Below, piece by piece: positions 53,443-64,000 of a stretch of DNA of 64,000 bases (positions are counted from its first letter, which is position 1; each line of letters opens with the position of its first letter). Origin of the DNA: Octopus vulgaris (lineage: Eukaryota); assembly GCA_951406725.2 (NCBI GenBank), contig OX597836.1:8928001-8992000 (forward strand). Direction: 5' to 3'. The position numbers were made by a program, and so were the translations under genes. The notes below the pieces were generated by a model. It had not been told where the DNA came from. It made no database searches and saw nothing but the letters and a program-made list of their open reading frames with translations.

Positions 53443-53731
53443 GATCCCGAAAGGATGAAAGGGCAAAGTTGACCTCGGCGGAATTTGAACTCAGAACGTA
53501 AAGACAGACGAAATACCGTTAATCATTCTACCAGCTCACCACCTTCATAATAATAACAATAATAATAATAATAATAGTCTAGGCACAAGGCCTGAAATTT
53601 TGAGGGGAGGGGACCAGTCGATTAGATCGACCTCAGTACACAACTGGTACTTAACTTTTCGACCCCGGAAGGATGAAAGGTAAAGTAGATCTTAGCGGGA
53701 TTTGAATTCAGAACTGACAGCTCGCCGCCTT
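53443..53731 (-). mobile_element. Two SINE family A copies
   Basis: Family A body motifs. Confidence 0.8.
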
Positions 53732-54000
53732 AATAGAGGTGGTGGTGGTGGTAGTAGTGATGATGATGATGATGACGACGACGATGTCGACGATGACGAT
53801 GATGATGATGATGTGGTGAAGATGTTGGTGTACGATAGGACGAAATATGAGAGTAATGGGGTGAGGAAGAGGTGCAGGAGTAGCTCAATGACTAAACTAC
53901 CAATATGGCGGAAGATATGTGTAAAGAGTGGAGGAAGAGTAATTATAGAGGGAGAGAGGAGAGGAGGGAAGAGAATAGAAGATGAAGAGGTAGATAAGTC

Positions 54001-54034
<34 letters not shown>

Positions 54035-54219
54035 ATGGAAAGAGAGGCCAAATAGGAGATGAAGAGATTGATAAGTCAATGGAGTGTGAGAAATGGGGAC
54101 AGCTGGTCTGTGCAAGAAGACTTTCATACGTCTATTCGTATGGATGGATGTATGGATGTCTATAAACGTATACACACAAATAGTTGTGTCTATGAATTCA
54201 TGTATATATTCACGTATAG

Positions 54220-54369
54220 CTGTGTGTGTATATATATATATATATAATGCATAATTGTGTGTATGTATATATATGCATATTAGTGTGTGTGTATATATAT
54301 ATATATATACATATTTGTGTGTGTATATATATGCATATGTATACATATATTGTGTGTGTATATATATGC

Positions 54370-54403
<34 letters not shown>

Positions 54404-54479
54404 GCATATGTGTGTATATATATTGTATATGTGTATATATATATATATGCATATGTGTGTATATATATATGCATATGTG

Positions 54480-54543
<64 letters not shown>

Positions 54544-54878
54544 ATATATATATATATATATGTATACATATGTGTGTGTATATATATGCATATTTGTGTG
54601 TATTATATATATACATAATCGTGTGTGTATGTATATGTATATATACACACACACGTAGATACAGACATGTATAGCTATGTGTATGAACATATATATATGC
54701 ATGCATACACACACACACTCTAGTATAGCCGTGTCTATGAATATATATATATCGGTATGTATGTGTGTGTGTATATATATGTACACACACCTGTGTGCAT
54801 ATGTTTACGTATGTTTGTAAATGTACATATATGCATACATGCAGATATTTCTATATATATATATATTGTTACAAACTC

Positions 54879-54913
<35 letters not shown>

Positions 54914-55030
54914 TTACACATGATATATACATACATATATATACACACACATACTCTCTCTCTCGCGCGCGCATACACACACACACACACACAAACATAA
55001 ACTTACACACATGTGCATGTATGTGCATCG
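54220..55030. repeat. Degenerate (TA/TG/CA) microsatellite
   Basis: Directly visible. Confidence 0.95.
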
Positions 55031-55539
55031 GTGTGTAAAGTCGGTGTTTTCTTTCGTAGTCGATCGCTGTTGCCACCAGGCGTTTGTTTATCTTCTCTAG
55101 AACGGAAAATAGATTCACCCATCCGCTTGATGCTGCCTGGTGTTTACCGTTCCTTGATTTGTGTTTGTCCAAAGTCAAACCACCAACCTGTCTGACTTAT
55201 TTCTCTGCTTGATTTTGTTTTAATCATGCTGATTCCTTCAGGACACACTGACATCCTCTACTGTCTTCTGTGTATATCTAAGTCTTTTGTCTGCTGAAAT
55301 CAGAACAAGATAACTGCTATGCTGATGACGCTTATCGACGCAGAAATATGTACCAACAGCTATCTCTGAGGGGTGAAAATGTCTTTTGCTTCATGCCATT
55401 TCTATTTTTGAGGTTTCTATCAATCTGGGGGTTTCCTTCATTTTGAAGACTAACTCTATTTCTCATTTGGAATCGGCTGCAATTGTCAATAGGTTTTTTC
55501 TTACCTTCTCTTGAAGACAATTTCAGTAAATCAGTGTGT

Positions 55540-55952
55540 GTGTGTGTGTATGAGTCAGTCAGTCACCCGCCACCACTTAACAACCGATGTTGGTGTGTTC
55601 ACATCCCTGGAGACTAGCGGTTCGGCAAAAGACGGAAAGAATATGTACCAGGCTTTAAAAAATAAGTACTGGGGTCGATTCGTTAGACCTGCCGAACCGC
55701 TAGGTTTTGGGGACGTAAATACACCAACACCGGTTGTCAAGGCAATGGCGAAGGGCAAACACTGACACAAAGGCACACGCACTTATAAGACGGGCTTCTT
55801 TCAGTTTCCGTCTACCAAATCCACTCATAAGGCTTTGGTTGGCGCCCGAGGCTATAATAGAAGATACTTGCTCAACGTGCCACGCAGTGGGACTGAACCC
55901 GAAACCATATGGTTGGGAAGCAAACTTCTTAGCGTACAACCACTCCTGCGCA
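55540..55952. mobile_element. Convergent SINE family B pair (+ 3' part, - near full)
   Basis: ctagcggttcggca (~55614) and tgccgaaccgctag (~55690). Confidence 0.85.
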
Positions 55953-55981
55953 GTAAGAGAATTTTGGGACATTTGGCGTAT

Positions 55982-56354
55982 AGGTGGCACTCCGTCGGTT
56001 ACGATGACGAGGGTTCTAACTGATACGATCAATGGAACAGCCTGCTCATGAAATTAGCGTGTAAGTGGCTGAGCACTCCACAGACAGGTGTGTCCTTATC
56101 GTAGTTCTCGGGGGAGATTCAGCGTGGCATAGAGTGTGACAAGGCAGGCCCTATGAAATACAGGCACAACAGAAAGAGTGAGAGAAAGTTGTGGTAAAAG
56201 AGTACAGCAGGGTTCGCCACCACCTCCTGCCGAAGCCTCGTAGAGCTTTAGGTGTTTTCGCTCCAATAAACACTCACAGCGCCTGGTCTCGGAATCGAAA
56301 CCGCGATCCTACGACCGCGGCGCTGCCCTAGCCACTGGGCCATTGCGCCTCCAC
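55982..56354 (-). mobile_element. Full-length tRNA-derived SINE (possibly octopus OR1-like) with 13-bp TSD
   Basis: Head ggaggcgcaatggcccagtggctagggcagcg...ggtttcgattcc; TSD acat(t/c)tggcgtat at 55969 and 56355. Confidence 0.85.
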
Positions 56355-56630
56355 ACATCTGGCGTATGTTCTGAAGCGGTGACTGTATTAATGAAGACTC
56401 TGTACCTAGCAATCGACTTTATCCCGGCAGTGTGTTTGTGTGTTCGTTCGTTCATCGGTGATCGATGAAGACTTTAGCTGTATGTGTGATTGGTTTTGAC
56501 GGGACAGTGAGCGAATGATTAAAAGCAATTTTACCGCGGTTAACACACGCACATATGTTGATGTGTGGGGGGGGGGAATTATGATTGTGTTAATCTGCGT
56601 GTGCATAAAGTGTTTGTATGTATGTGAATT

Positions 56631-56682
<52 letters not shown>

Positions 56683-56694
56683 GAGAGGGGAGTT

Positions 56695-56930
56695 CAGGCG
56701 TGGCTGTGTGGTAAGAAGCTTGCTTCCCAACCATGTGGTTCCGGGTTCAGTCTCACTGCGTGGCAGCTTGGGCAAGTGTCTTCTACAATAACCTCGGGCC
56801 GACCAACGTGTATATATATGTGTGTGTGTGTGTGTGTGCGTGTGTCTGTCTGTTTGTCTCTCTCCACCATCGTTTGGTAACCGATGTTGGTGTGTTTACG
56901 TCCCGGTAACTTAGTGGTTCAGCAAAAGTA
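56695..56930 (+). mobile_element. SINE family B, internally deleted
   Basis: ggcgtggctgtgtggtaagaagcttgc head. Confidence 0.85.
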
Positions 56931-57113
56931 CGAGTTGCGGTACAGGTGCTTGTGTGTAGGTGACGTGTGTGGTTGTATGTGATATATATGTATGTATCTT
57001 TACATGTATAAGTTTGTGATTATATATTTTTATTATTATGTATCTGTGTACATGTATTTATACATACATTATGTCTGTATATGTTATGTTCAGTATATCT
57101 GTATTTTTATAAA

Positions 57114-57159
<46 letters not shown>

Positions 57160-57849
57160 GAGTTACGTACTTGCATATGCGTATTTTTATACACACATGC
57201 ATACATAATTATATGTAGTTACGTGTGTGTGTGTATTGTAGCTGTATAAATGCGTGCGTGTATACACGCACATATGCATACATAAGTTTATAGAATCTGT
57301 CCCAATTCGTGTCAAATATTTTCAATGACACTCAAACTGGTTGAGTATCTCTGGTATGATATCTGTTGGCAGTCATCGTCTGCCATCGGAATTTAAGAGA
57401 TATTATTCTGGACACAAAAGAAGCAGCTCTTATCTTTGAGCTCTGAATATTCTGTGCAAAAGAAAAAAAAAATTTTTGTCCTTAACGTTTTTTTAAATTT
57501 AAAATCATAATCTATGGTTTTTGAAGGTTATCACTTTTGAAAATATTAAAAGGGTTAGCACCTTTATTGTAGGCTTATTGACGAGCAATGCAAATAACTT
57601 GATAATTAATTTTTAAGAAATGAAAATATGTCCTGTAGTGTTCTGTAAGATTGAGTACGATAAGCTTTTCTGCGTGATACAAAAGAGAAAGGAAGATGGA
57701 GAAGAAAAAAGAAAAAAGACAACGCCTGAAGCAAAACACGTATTTGAAAATTCAACATCGTTACCATCGCTGTCCAGAATTGTAAAATATAATGGTCATT
57801 CCATGGTGGCTGCGGCTAGTGGTTGAATATAAACTTACTGCGACTTAAC

Positions 57850-58100
57850 ATTTAATGAATACTTCTCATTTGGCACATAAATTTATTTCTGGTTTCAATG
57901 CGTTTGTCTGCAGCAGTATTTTTTTTTTCAGCAGTGCAAAAGCCACGTCTTTTGCTGCCATTTACAAAACGCATACCACTTTTATTGCCATTCATATACG
58001 GTCTGCATTTTTCAATGATCTAACATTTGATATTGTACTTCGCTGCTTTTCCTTTAAAAGATAGTTTTGTAACATTTTGTTTGTTTGATAATGTTTGTAA
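57850..58100 (-). mobile_element. Penelope-like element GIY-YIG endonuclease C-terminal remnant
   Basis: Minus translation KYNIKC*IIEKCRPYMNGNK..NGSKRRGFCTAEK resembles PLE (Y)xIxWxIIxxxxPYxNGSKxCxLCxxEK. Confidence 0.6.
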
Positions 58101-58299
58101 GGAAATAGATCTTATTGTAAAATCTTTCTTTTGCTTAGCTCTTCTGACATTTCTTCGGGTTTTTGTGGTGTTCACTGACCTCAAAATTTGGAACTGGACG
58201 CTTTACTGCATCCTCTAGGATAAAATTCGGTTGCCCATGCAAGAGATGTTATTATTAGTTATTTTACTTATGTCGACAGTTTGTAATGTTCCAGACACA

Positions 58300-58775
58300 G
58301 CCGTGGTTGTGTGGTAAGAAACTTGCTTACCAACCACATGGTTCCGGATTCAATACCACTACGTGTCATCTGCTATAGCCTCGGACCGACCAAAGCCTTG
58401 TGAGTGGATTTGGTTGACGAAAACAGAATAAAGCCTGTCGTATGATATGTGTGTGTTACCCACGACCGCTTGGCAGTCGGTGTTGATGTGCTTACGTCCT
58501 CGTAACTTAGCGGTTCAGCAAAGGAGACCGATAGATAACTACCAGGCTTAACAAAATAACTAAACACTGGGATCGATTCATTCGACTAAAAAATTTTTGA
58601 AGGCGGCGCCCCAGCATGGCCGCAGTCTGGCTAAAACAAAAGATAAAACACACACACACATAGCTTGGGGCAAAAGTAGAAGACACTTGCCCGAGGAGCC
58701 GTGGAGCCGTGGAGTAAGATTGAAATTGAAACCTTGTGGCTGCGAAGTGAACCGCCTAACCACACAGCCATGCCT
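58300..58775. mobile_element. SINE family B (+ 58300-58645) and minus head fragment
   Basis: Family B motifs. Confidence 0.8.
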
Positions 58776-58951
58776 GACCTTGGATAGCAGGGGAAAAGAG
58801 GTAAAAGAAAGAAAAAGAAAAATATTCCGACAAGTGCTTGAAGAAGATTTGATCTCTAGTTCCTTGACATTACAATCCTATTGCTTAATCCACTCGGCCA
58901 TATGTTTTAATAGTAATATGCATGAGGTTGAGAACGGAAGAAAAATATATT

Positions 58952-59598
58952 CTTTTCTACTCTAGGCGCAAGGCCCGAAATGTTAGGGGAGGGGGCAATC
59001 GATTAGATCGACCCCAGTGCGTAACTGGTACTTAATTTATCGACTCCAAAAGGATGAAAGGCAAAATAGACCTCGGCGGAATTTGAACTCAGAACATAAA
59101 GACAGACGAAATACCGATAAGCATTTCGCCCGGCATGCTAACGTTACTTATTTCTTTATTACCCACAAGGGGCTAAACATAGGAGGGACAAACAAGGACA
59201 GACATAGGTATTAAGTCGATTACATCGACCCCAGTATTCATCTGGTACTTAATTTATCGACCCCGAAATGATGAAAGGCAAAGTCGACCTCGGTAGAATT
59301 TGAACCTGGAACGTAGCGACGGACGAAATACGGCTACGCATTTAGCCCGGCGCGCTAACGTTTCTTATTTCTTTATTACCCACAAGGGGCTAAACGTAGA
59401 GGGGACAAACAAGGACAGACAAAGGGATTAAGTCGATTACATCGACCCCAGTATTCATCTGGTACTTAATTTATCGACCCCGAAATGGTGAAAGGCAAAG
59501 TCGACCTCGGCAGAATTTGAACCTGGAACGTAGCGACGGACGAAATATGGCTACGCATTTAGCTCGGCGCGCTAACGTTTCTGCCAGCTCGCCGCCTT
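58952..59598 (-). mobile_element. SINE family A trimer
   Basis: Three Meta-like bodies joined through the agccccttgtgggtaataaagaaata tail; one complete head at the right end. Confidence 0.9.
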
Positions 59599-60082
59599 GA
59601 GAAGGAAAATATATTAAAAGTAAAGTCCATTGATTGAAGACGACTGCGCACTTAACGTTGAGTGTCGCGTGGCCCCACCCACAGTAAATACATTGATAAC
59701 ACTTAATGTGTAACCCGCCCAGGCTCGAGTTGGAGCTTATTTGAAAGCCCAACCCAGATCGTCCAATGTCAACTCTTATTTCCACCCTCACCACCGTCAT
59801 CGCCGCCTCTACCACTAACACCTCCATCACCTCAGTACAAACCGGATCTCAGAGGAGGAAATAACTTACGACATCCACAGCCATCAACGCGGTTCAGCCA
59901 GTTCAGCCCAGGTCGACTCACTTCAGCCAATCAAGACTAGACACGTAGCAATTAAAACCCAACCCACACACACACACACACACTTACGCACGCAGCGCGC
60001 GCACACAGACACACTCCAGACTGTTTCTACTTGGAATTTAATTAACTCCAACAATAACATTAATAACATTATTATTGTTGTT

Positions 60083-60910
60083 AAGGAGCGGAGCTGACAG
60101 AATCGTTCGCACGACAGGCAAAATACTTAACGGCATTTCGTCCGTCGCTACGTTCTGAGTTCAAATTCCGCCGAGGTCGACTTTTGCCTTTCATCCTTTC
60201 GGGGTCAATAAATTAAGGACCAGTTACGCACTGGGGTCGATATAATAGACTTAATCAGTTTGTCTGTCCTTGTTTGTCCTCTCTGTGTTTAGCTCCTTGT
60301 GGGTAGTAAAGAAATAGGCATTTCGTTTGTCTTTACGTTCTAAGTTCAAATTCCGCTGTCGTCGACTTTGCCATTTATCCTTCCGGAGGCGCTAAAATAG
60401 GTACCAGATGTAGACAGGGGTCGATGTAATCGACTTAACCCCTCCCTTGGACATGCTGGCCTTGTGCCAAAATTTGAAGCCAACATTACTATTAAGGCGG
60501 TGAGCTGACAGAATCGTTAGCTTGCCGGATAAAATGCTTAGCGACATTTCGTCCGTCGCTACATTCTGAGTTCAAATTCCGCCGATTTCGAACTTGCCTT
60601 TCATCCTTCTGGGACCGATAAAATAAAGTTCTGGTCATGCAGTAGGACTGACGGCGTCGACTAAAACTTTTCCCCCCTAAAATCGTTGGCCCTGTGCCAA
60701 AATTATTATTACAAGACAGCAAGTTGAAAGAATCGTTAGCAGAATGCTTGGAACGTAAAAGACGGACGGTATGTCACTGAGTTCAAATTCCACCGGGGTC
60801 AACTTTGCATTTCAACCTTTCAGGGCCGATAAAATAATACCAGCTGGATATTAGGGGCGACGTAATCGACTTGCTCTCTCCACCCTTAATTTCTGCCTAT
60901 AGTAGGATTA
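60083..60910 (+). mobile_element. SINE family A dimer followed by two degenerate monomers
   Basis: Family A motifs repeated four times. Confidence 0.85.
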
Positions 60911-61392
60911 TTAACGTTTTGGGGGTTTTTTTTTTTTGTTTTTTTTTTTCTTTTTGGTTGAAGAGGGGTTTGGTTAAATGGTGATGTGACTCAATCACTA
61001 CAAACTCTTAAGCACAGTCTGACAATCCGTCTGATAGAGGTATAGATGAATAAGTATAAAATTTCACGGCCGATTGTCTCACCTGGAGTCTGTTTCGACT
61101 CCACGTAGTTTAATCTGGAAAAAAAATCTCCGTTTGGCCCCGGCAGCATCCTTCTCTTATAGAAGGTAATAAGAATCGAAATCGTCACTCAAATTCAACA
61201 AAAAAATATACAGGCGCGTGGCTTAGTGGTTAGAATATTGGGCTCACAATCATGAAGTCGTGGGTTCTATTCTTGGATCGAGCAGTGTGTTATATCCTTG
61301 AGCAAAGCACATCTTTTCACGTTGGTCCAGCCTACTCGGATGAAAACGATTTCCATCTGAGCAACATTTGAACCAGTTTCTCCTTCCAACAG

Positions 61393-61780
61393 TCGCGTCT
61401 TTGATATACCACTGGATCAAAGAACCGAGGGCATATACGGTGTCTAAAGGCGGCGAGCTGGCAGAACCGTTAGCACCCCGGGCGAAATGCTTTGCGATAA
61501 TTCGTCTGTCGTTACGTTCTGAGTTCAAATTCCGCCGAGGTCGACTTTGCCTTTCATCCTTTCGGGGTCGATAAATAAAGTACCAGTTTCGCACTGGGGT
61601 CGATGTAATCGGCTTAATCCGTTTGTCTGTCCTTGTTTGTTCCCTCTATGTCTAGCCCCTTGTGGGTAGTAAAGAAACATATACAGTGTCTATAAATGCT
61701 CTCATCTCTACTCAGACTCTTACATCGATTAGCAAGATCTTGCTACAAGCTTTCCGGATCGAATTCGCTCTCTGGTGATG
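61393..61780 (+). other. Candidate exon containing a SINE insertion (alternative acceptor at 61715/61716)
   Basis: Acceptor tttctccttccaacag| and donor gatg|gtaagt; ATG at 61696 opens MLSSLLRLLHRLARSCYKLSGSNSLSGD into the donor. Confidence 0.45.
61447..61677 (+). mobile_element. SINE family A monomer with 15-bp TSD
   Basis: catatac(g/a)gtgtcta at 61432-61446 and 61678-61692. Confidence 0.92.
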
Positions 61781-62359
61781 GTAAGTGCGTCCAATACTCA
61801 TATATTGATGCGCGATCATTCTTCTCTCGCTGCTCCCTTGTCCCCTTATTTTATCATTGAGACGAACTCAGTCACGAAGTAAATGTGTGTCTTGGCCCTT
61901 AACACATTTATCCAACCGGAAAGATACGATCTGCAGATTTTTCAATTCAGTTGGCCCCTCAACACGTTTATCCAGCTGGAGAGAAGATACGATCTCCAGA
62001 CTTTCAATTCAAAAATCCAACAACGTTAATGGGACGAACAACCACATTTTTCTTTATTTCTGAAGAAACAGCGGTACAGAAGGGGCACATTTCATTCCCC
62101 TTATTTCCTCCTCCCCAAACTCATTTTTTCTGACAAAACTCTGCTTTAGTCAAAAAGTTTTCTTGGCCAAGGTAACCAACCCTCTGTCCAGTTACACCTG
62201 TCTTGCTATTCTTATAATGTGTGTACTATTCAACTTATAATGGGGCACTATCAACTCGAGTGTGTGTTCACACACGTTTTTGTCTGTCTGTCTGTCTGTC
62301 CGCGTATTTGAATGTACAAACGCGAGTAAGGGGTGGGGGAAATTTACTCGATACATGTA

Positions 62360-62700
62360 AACGCCTTGAAGGGTTTAGTCAAACAAATCGACCCCATTTT
62401 TTTTTTTTTCGTTTTTAAGTTTGGTCCTTACTCCATTTTCCTAATTTCCCGAGCCGCTAAGTTACGAAAACATAATACCGGTTGTCAAGCGGGGGAGGGG
62501 AGACAAAAACACGTATACATATATAAGCATGCATACATGCACGACAGGCTTCTTTCAGTTTCTGTTTACCAAATCCACTTACAGGGCTCTGGTTGCCCCC
62601 ACCCACCCCCGAGACTATATTAGAAGACACTTGCCCAAAATGCCACGCCGTGGAACTGAACCCGAAACTATGTGGTTGGGAAGCAAACTTCTTACTACAC
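62360..62700 (-). mobile_element. SINE family B, degenerate
   Basis: gacaggcttctttcagtttc...agaagacacttgccc...ggttgggaagcaaacttctt. Confidence 0.85.
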
Positions 62701-62912
62701 ACACACATAACACAAATGGTAGATGTTCTTCTTATAAAGAATTTGAGAAAAGTACTCAATCCATGCAATGAAGTACAGTTATTTGATACATTCAACAGTT
62801 GCTTTTTTATTACTACTTGGTGTTTATTACATATATACGTTTCTTTAAGCGACAGACTGTTTCTATACGAAGTGGAACCTACAAGTGCATGTATTTCTGT
62901 GTGATTGTCTTT

Positions 62913-62964
<52 letters not shown>

Positions 62965-63025
62965 CTTGTACAAATTGATATTGTTGTCTTATATTAAAAT
63001 TCCCGTTTTATTTGTCTTTTTACAG

Positions 63026-63933
63026 AATCATCCGTGATAACCGGTCAAGCACCCGAGCGCTATCCGCCAACAACAGGAACCTCTTCAAACGCGACCACGT
63101 GTGCATCCGGGTAACTTTCCACGAGCGCTATGACCAGTGACAATGATGACGATTTCGATTACGACGATGAATGCGTCTACCAGAATGCAAACTTCCGGTT
63201 TGTCACACGTGAAGTGTTGTGATCCAGCTGTGTGACCGACAGACAGACAGACTAGTCAGCAACATCCTCGCGTCCTACATTATTCCACCCATCTTGCTGC
63301 CTTGTCCACTGGACCGTGTCGCAGCTCTCCCCCCTCCACCCCACCCCCGCCCCGACTTCGCAATTTTCCCGTCGCATTACGGTCAAAGTCGGTGCGGTTT
63401 CATATCATCGCGGTTCCTTCTCCCGGCGTGTCCGACCGGGTCCAGTCACGCGTGATCCCGCTTTGCTTGTGTGTCTGATATACTTTTCTTTTTGCACTAG
63501 TCAAAAAAAACAGCCTCGCTGTGCATAACCGCGCCACTCACGCCATCCACGTACAACCAAAATTTCCCTAAAGCTTTTCTTTTTTTGTTTTTTGGCTTCT
63601 TTTTTTTTTTAAATTCAAAAATTGAAGCGGAAGTCCTATAAGTGTTTCGATAATTTACCGGAAATACAGGGACGACGGGCATCAGGGTCGCAAAAGCACA
63701 ATAACTGTAACCAAAACAGCAACGTTGTTGAAAGAAGTGAAAAAAAAACAACGATTCATAGTAAAGCGATTCTCAGTCGCACCAAACAGCCCGCCTGCCA
63801 TGCCCCACCACCACTGACACTGAACAACAATAAACGCTCGAAAAGAACGCATGATGCCTACAAAACAATACAAACATCGGATGCTATTTATCATTAGCGT
63901 TAATAAAAGATAAAAACAAATGAACAATTGTCG
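63026..63933 (+). other. Candidate long exon (5' UTR-like or lncRNA) of a gene continuing beyond the window
   Basis: Acceptor ttttatttgtctttttacag|, donor tcg|gtaagt at 63934; repeat-free, CpG-rich; ATG at 63920 (MNNC..) reads into the donor. Confidence 0.45.
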
Positions 63934-64000
63934 GTAAGTATTTTAATATTTTTTGTTTGTTTTGTTTCGTTTTGGGGTGGATGGATGTATGTATGTGTGT

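Noticed and set aside
55300-55345. tatgctgatgac (YADD, RT-like motif)
   Set aside because: Isolated four-residue match without other RT motifs in frame.
56430-56520. Short hairpin with miR-375-like ttgtgtgttcgttcg
   Set aside because: The stem is only ~7 bp and the mature sequence does not match; no conserved miRNA was recognised anywhere in the window.
59700-59945. Pro/Ser-rich open frame in unique sequence
   Set aside because: No convincing splice sites, start codon or recognisable domain.

Overview
Repeat-dominated, non-coding eukaryotic DNA with no complete protein-coding gene. The SINE families and dense (CA)n/(TA)n/(CT)n/(ATT)n microsatellites indicate an octopus genome (inferred from memory of Octopus repeats, not from a search). 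Nearly all ORFs in the supplied track are translations of microsatellites or SINEs. The window holds dozens of tRNA-derived SINE copies from about 6 families, decayed LINE fragments (L1/Tx1-like, CR1-like, RTE-like, Penelope-like GIY-YIG) and DNA-transposon remnants (mariner, Tigger/pogo, hAT, piggyBac-like). Notable signals: (1) several minimal type-I hammerhead ribozyme motifs of the Penelope-associated kind, some intact and with co-varying palindromic stem III; (2) a diverged antisense 18S rRNA fragment inside a repeat-like block; (3) a SINE tail shared with a local L1/Tx1-like LINE 3' end, plus SINE dimers that inserted as units; (4) locally templated inverted duplications that would form long dsRNA; (5) candidate spliced exons at 61.4-63.9 kb carrying short ORFs. 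All assignments were made by eye, and repeat boundaries are approximate.
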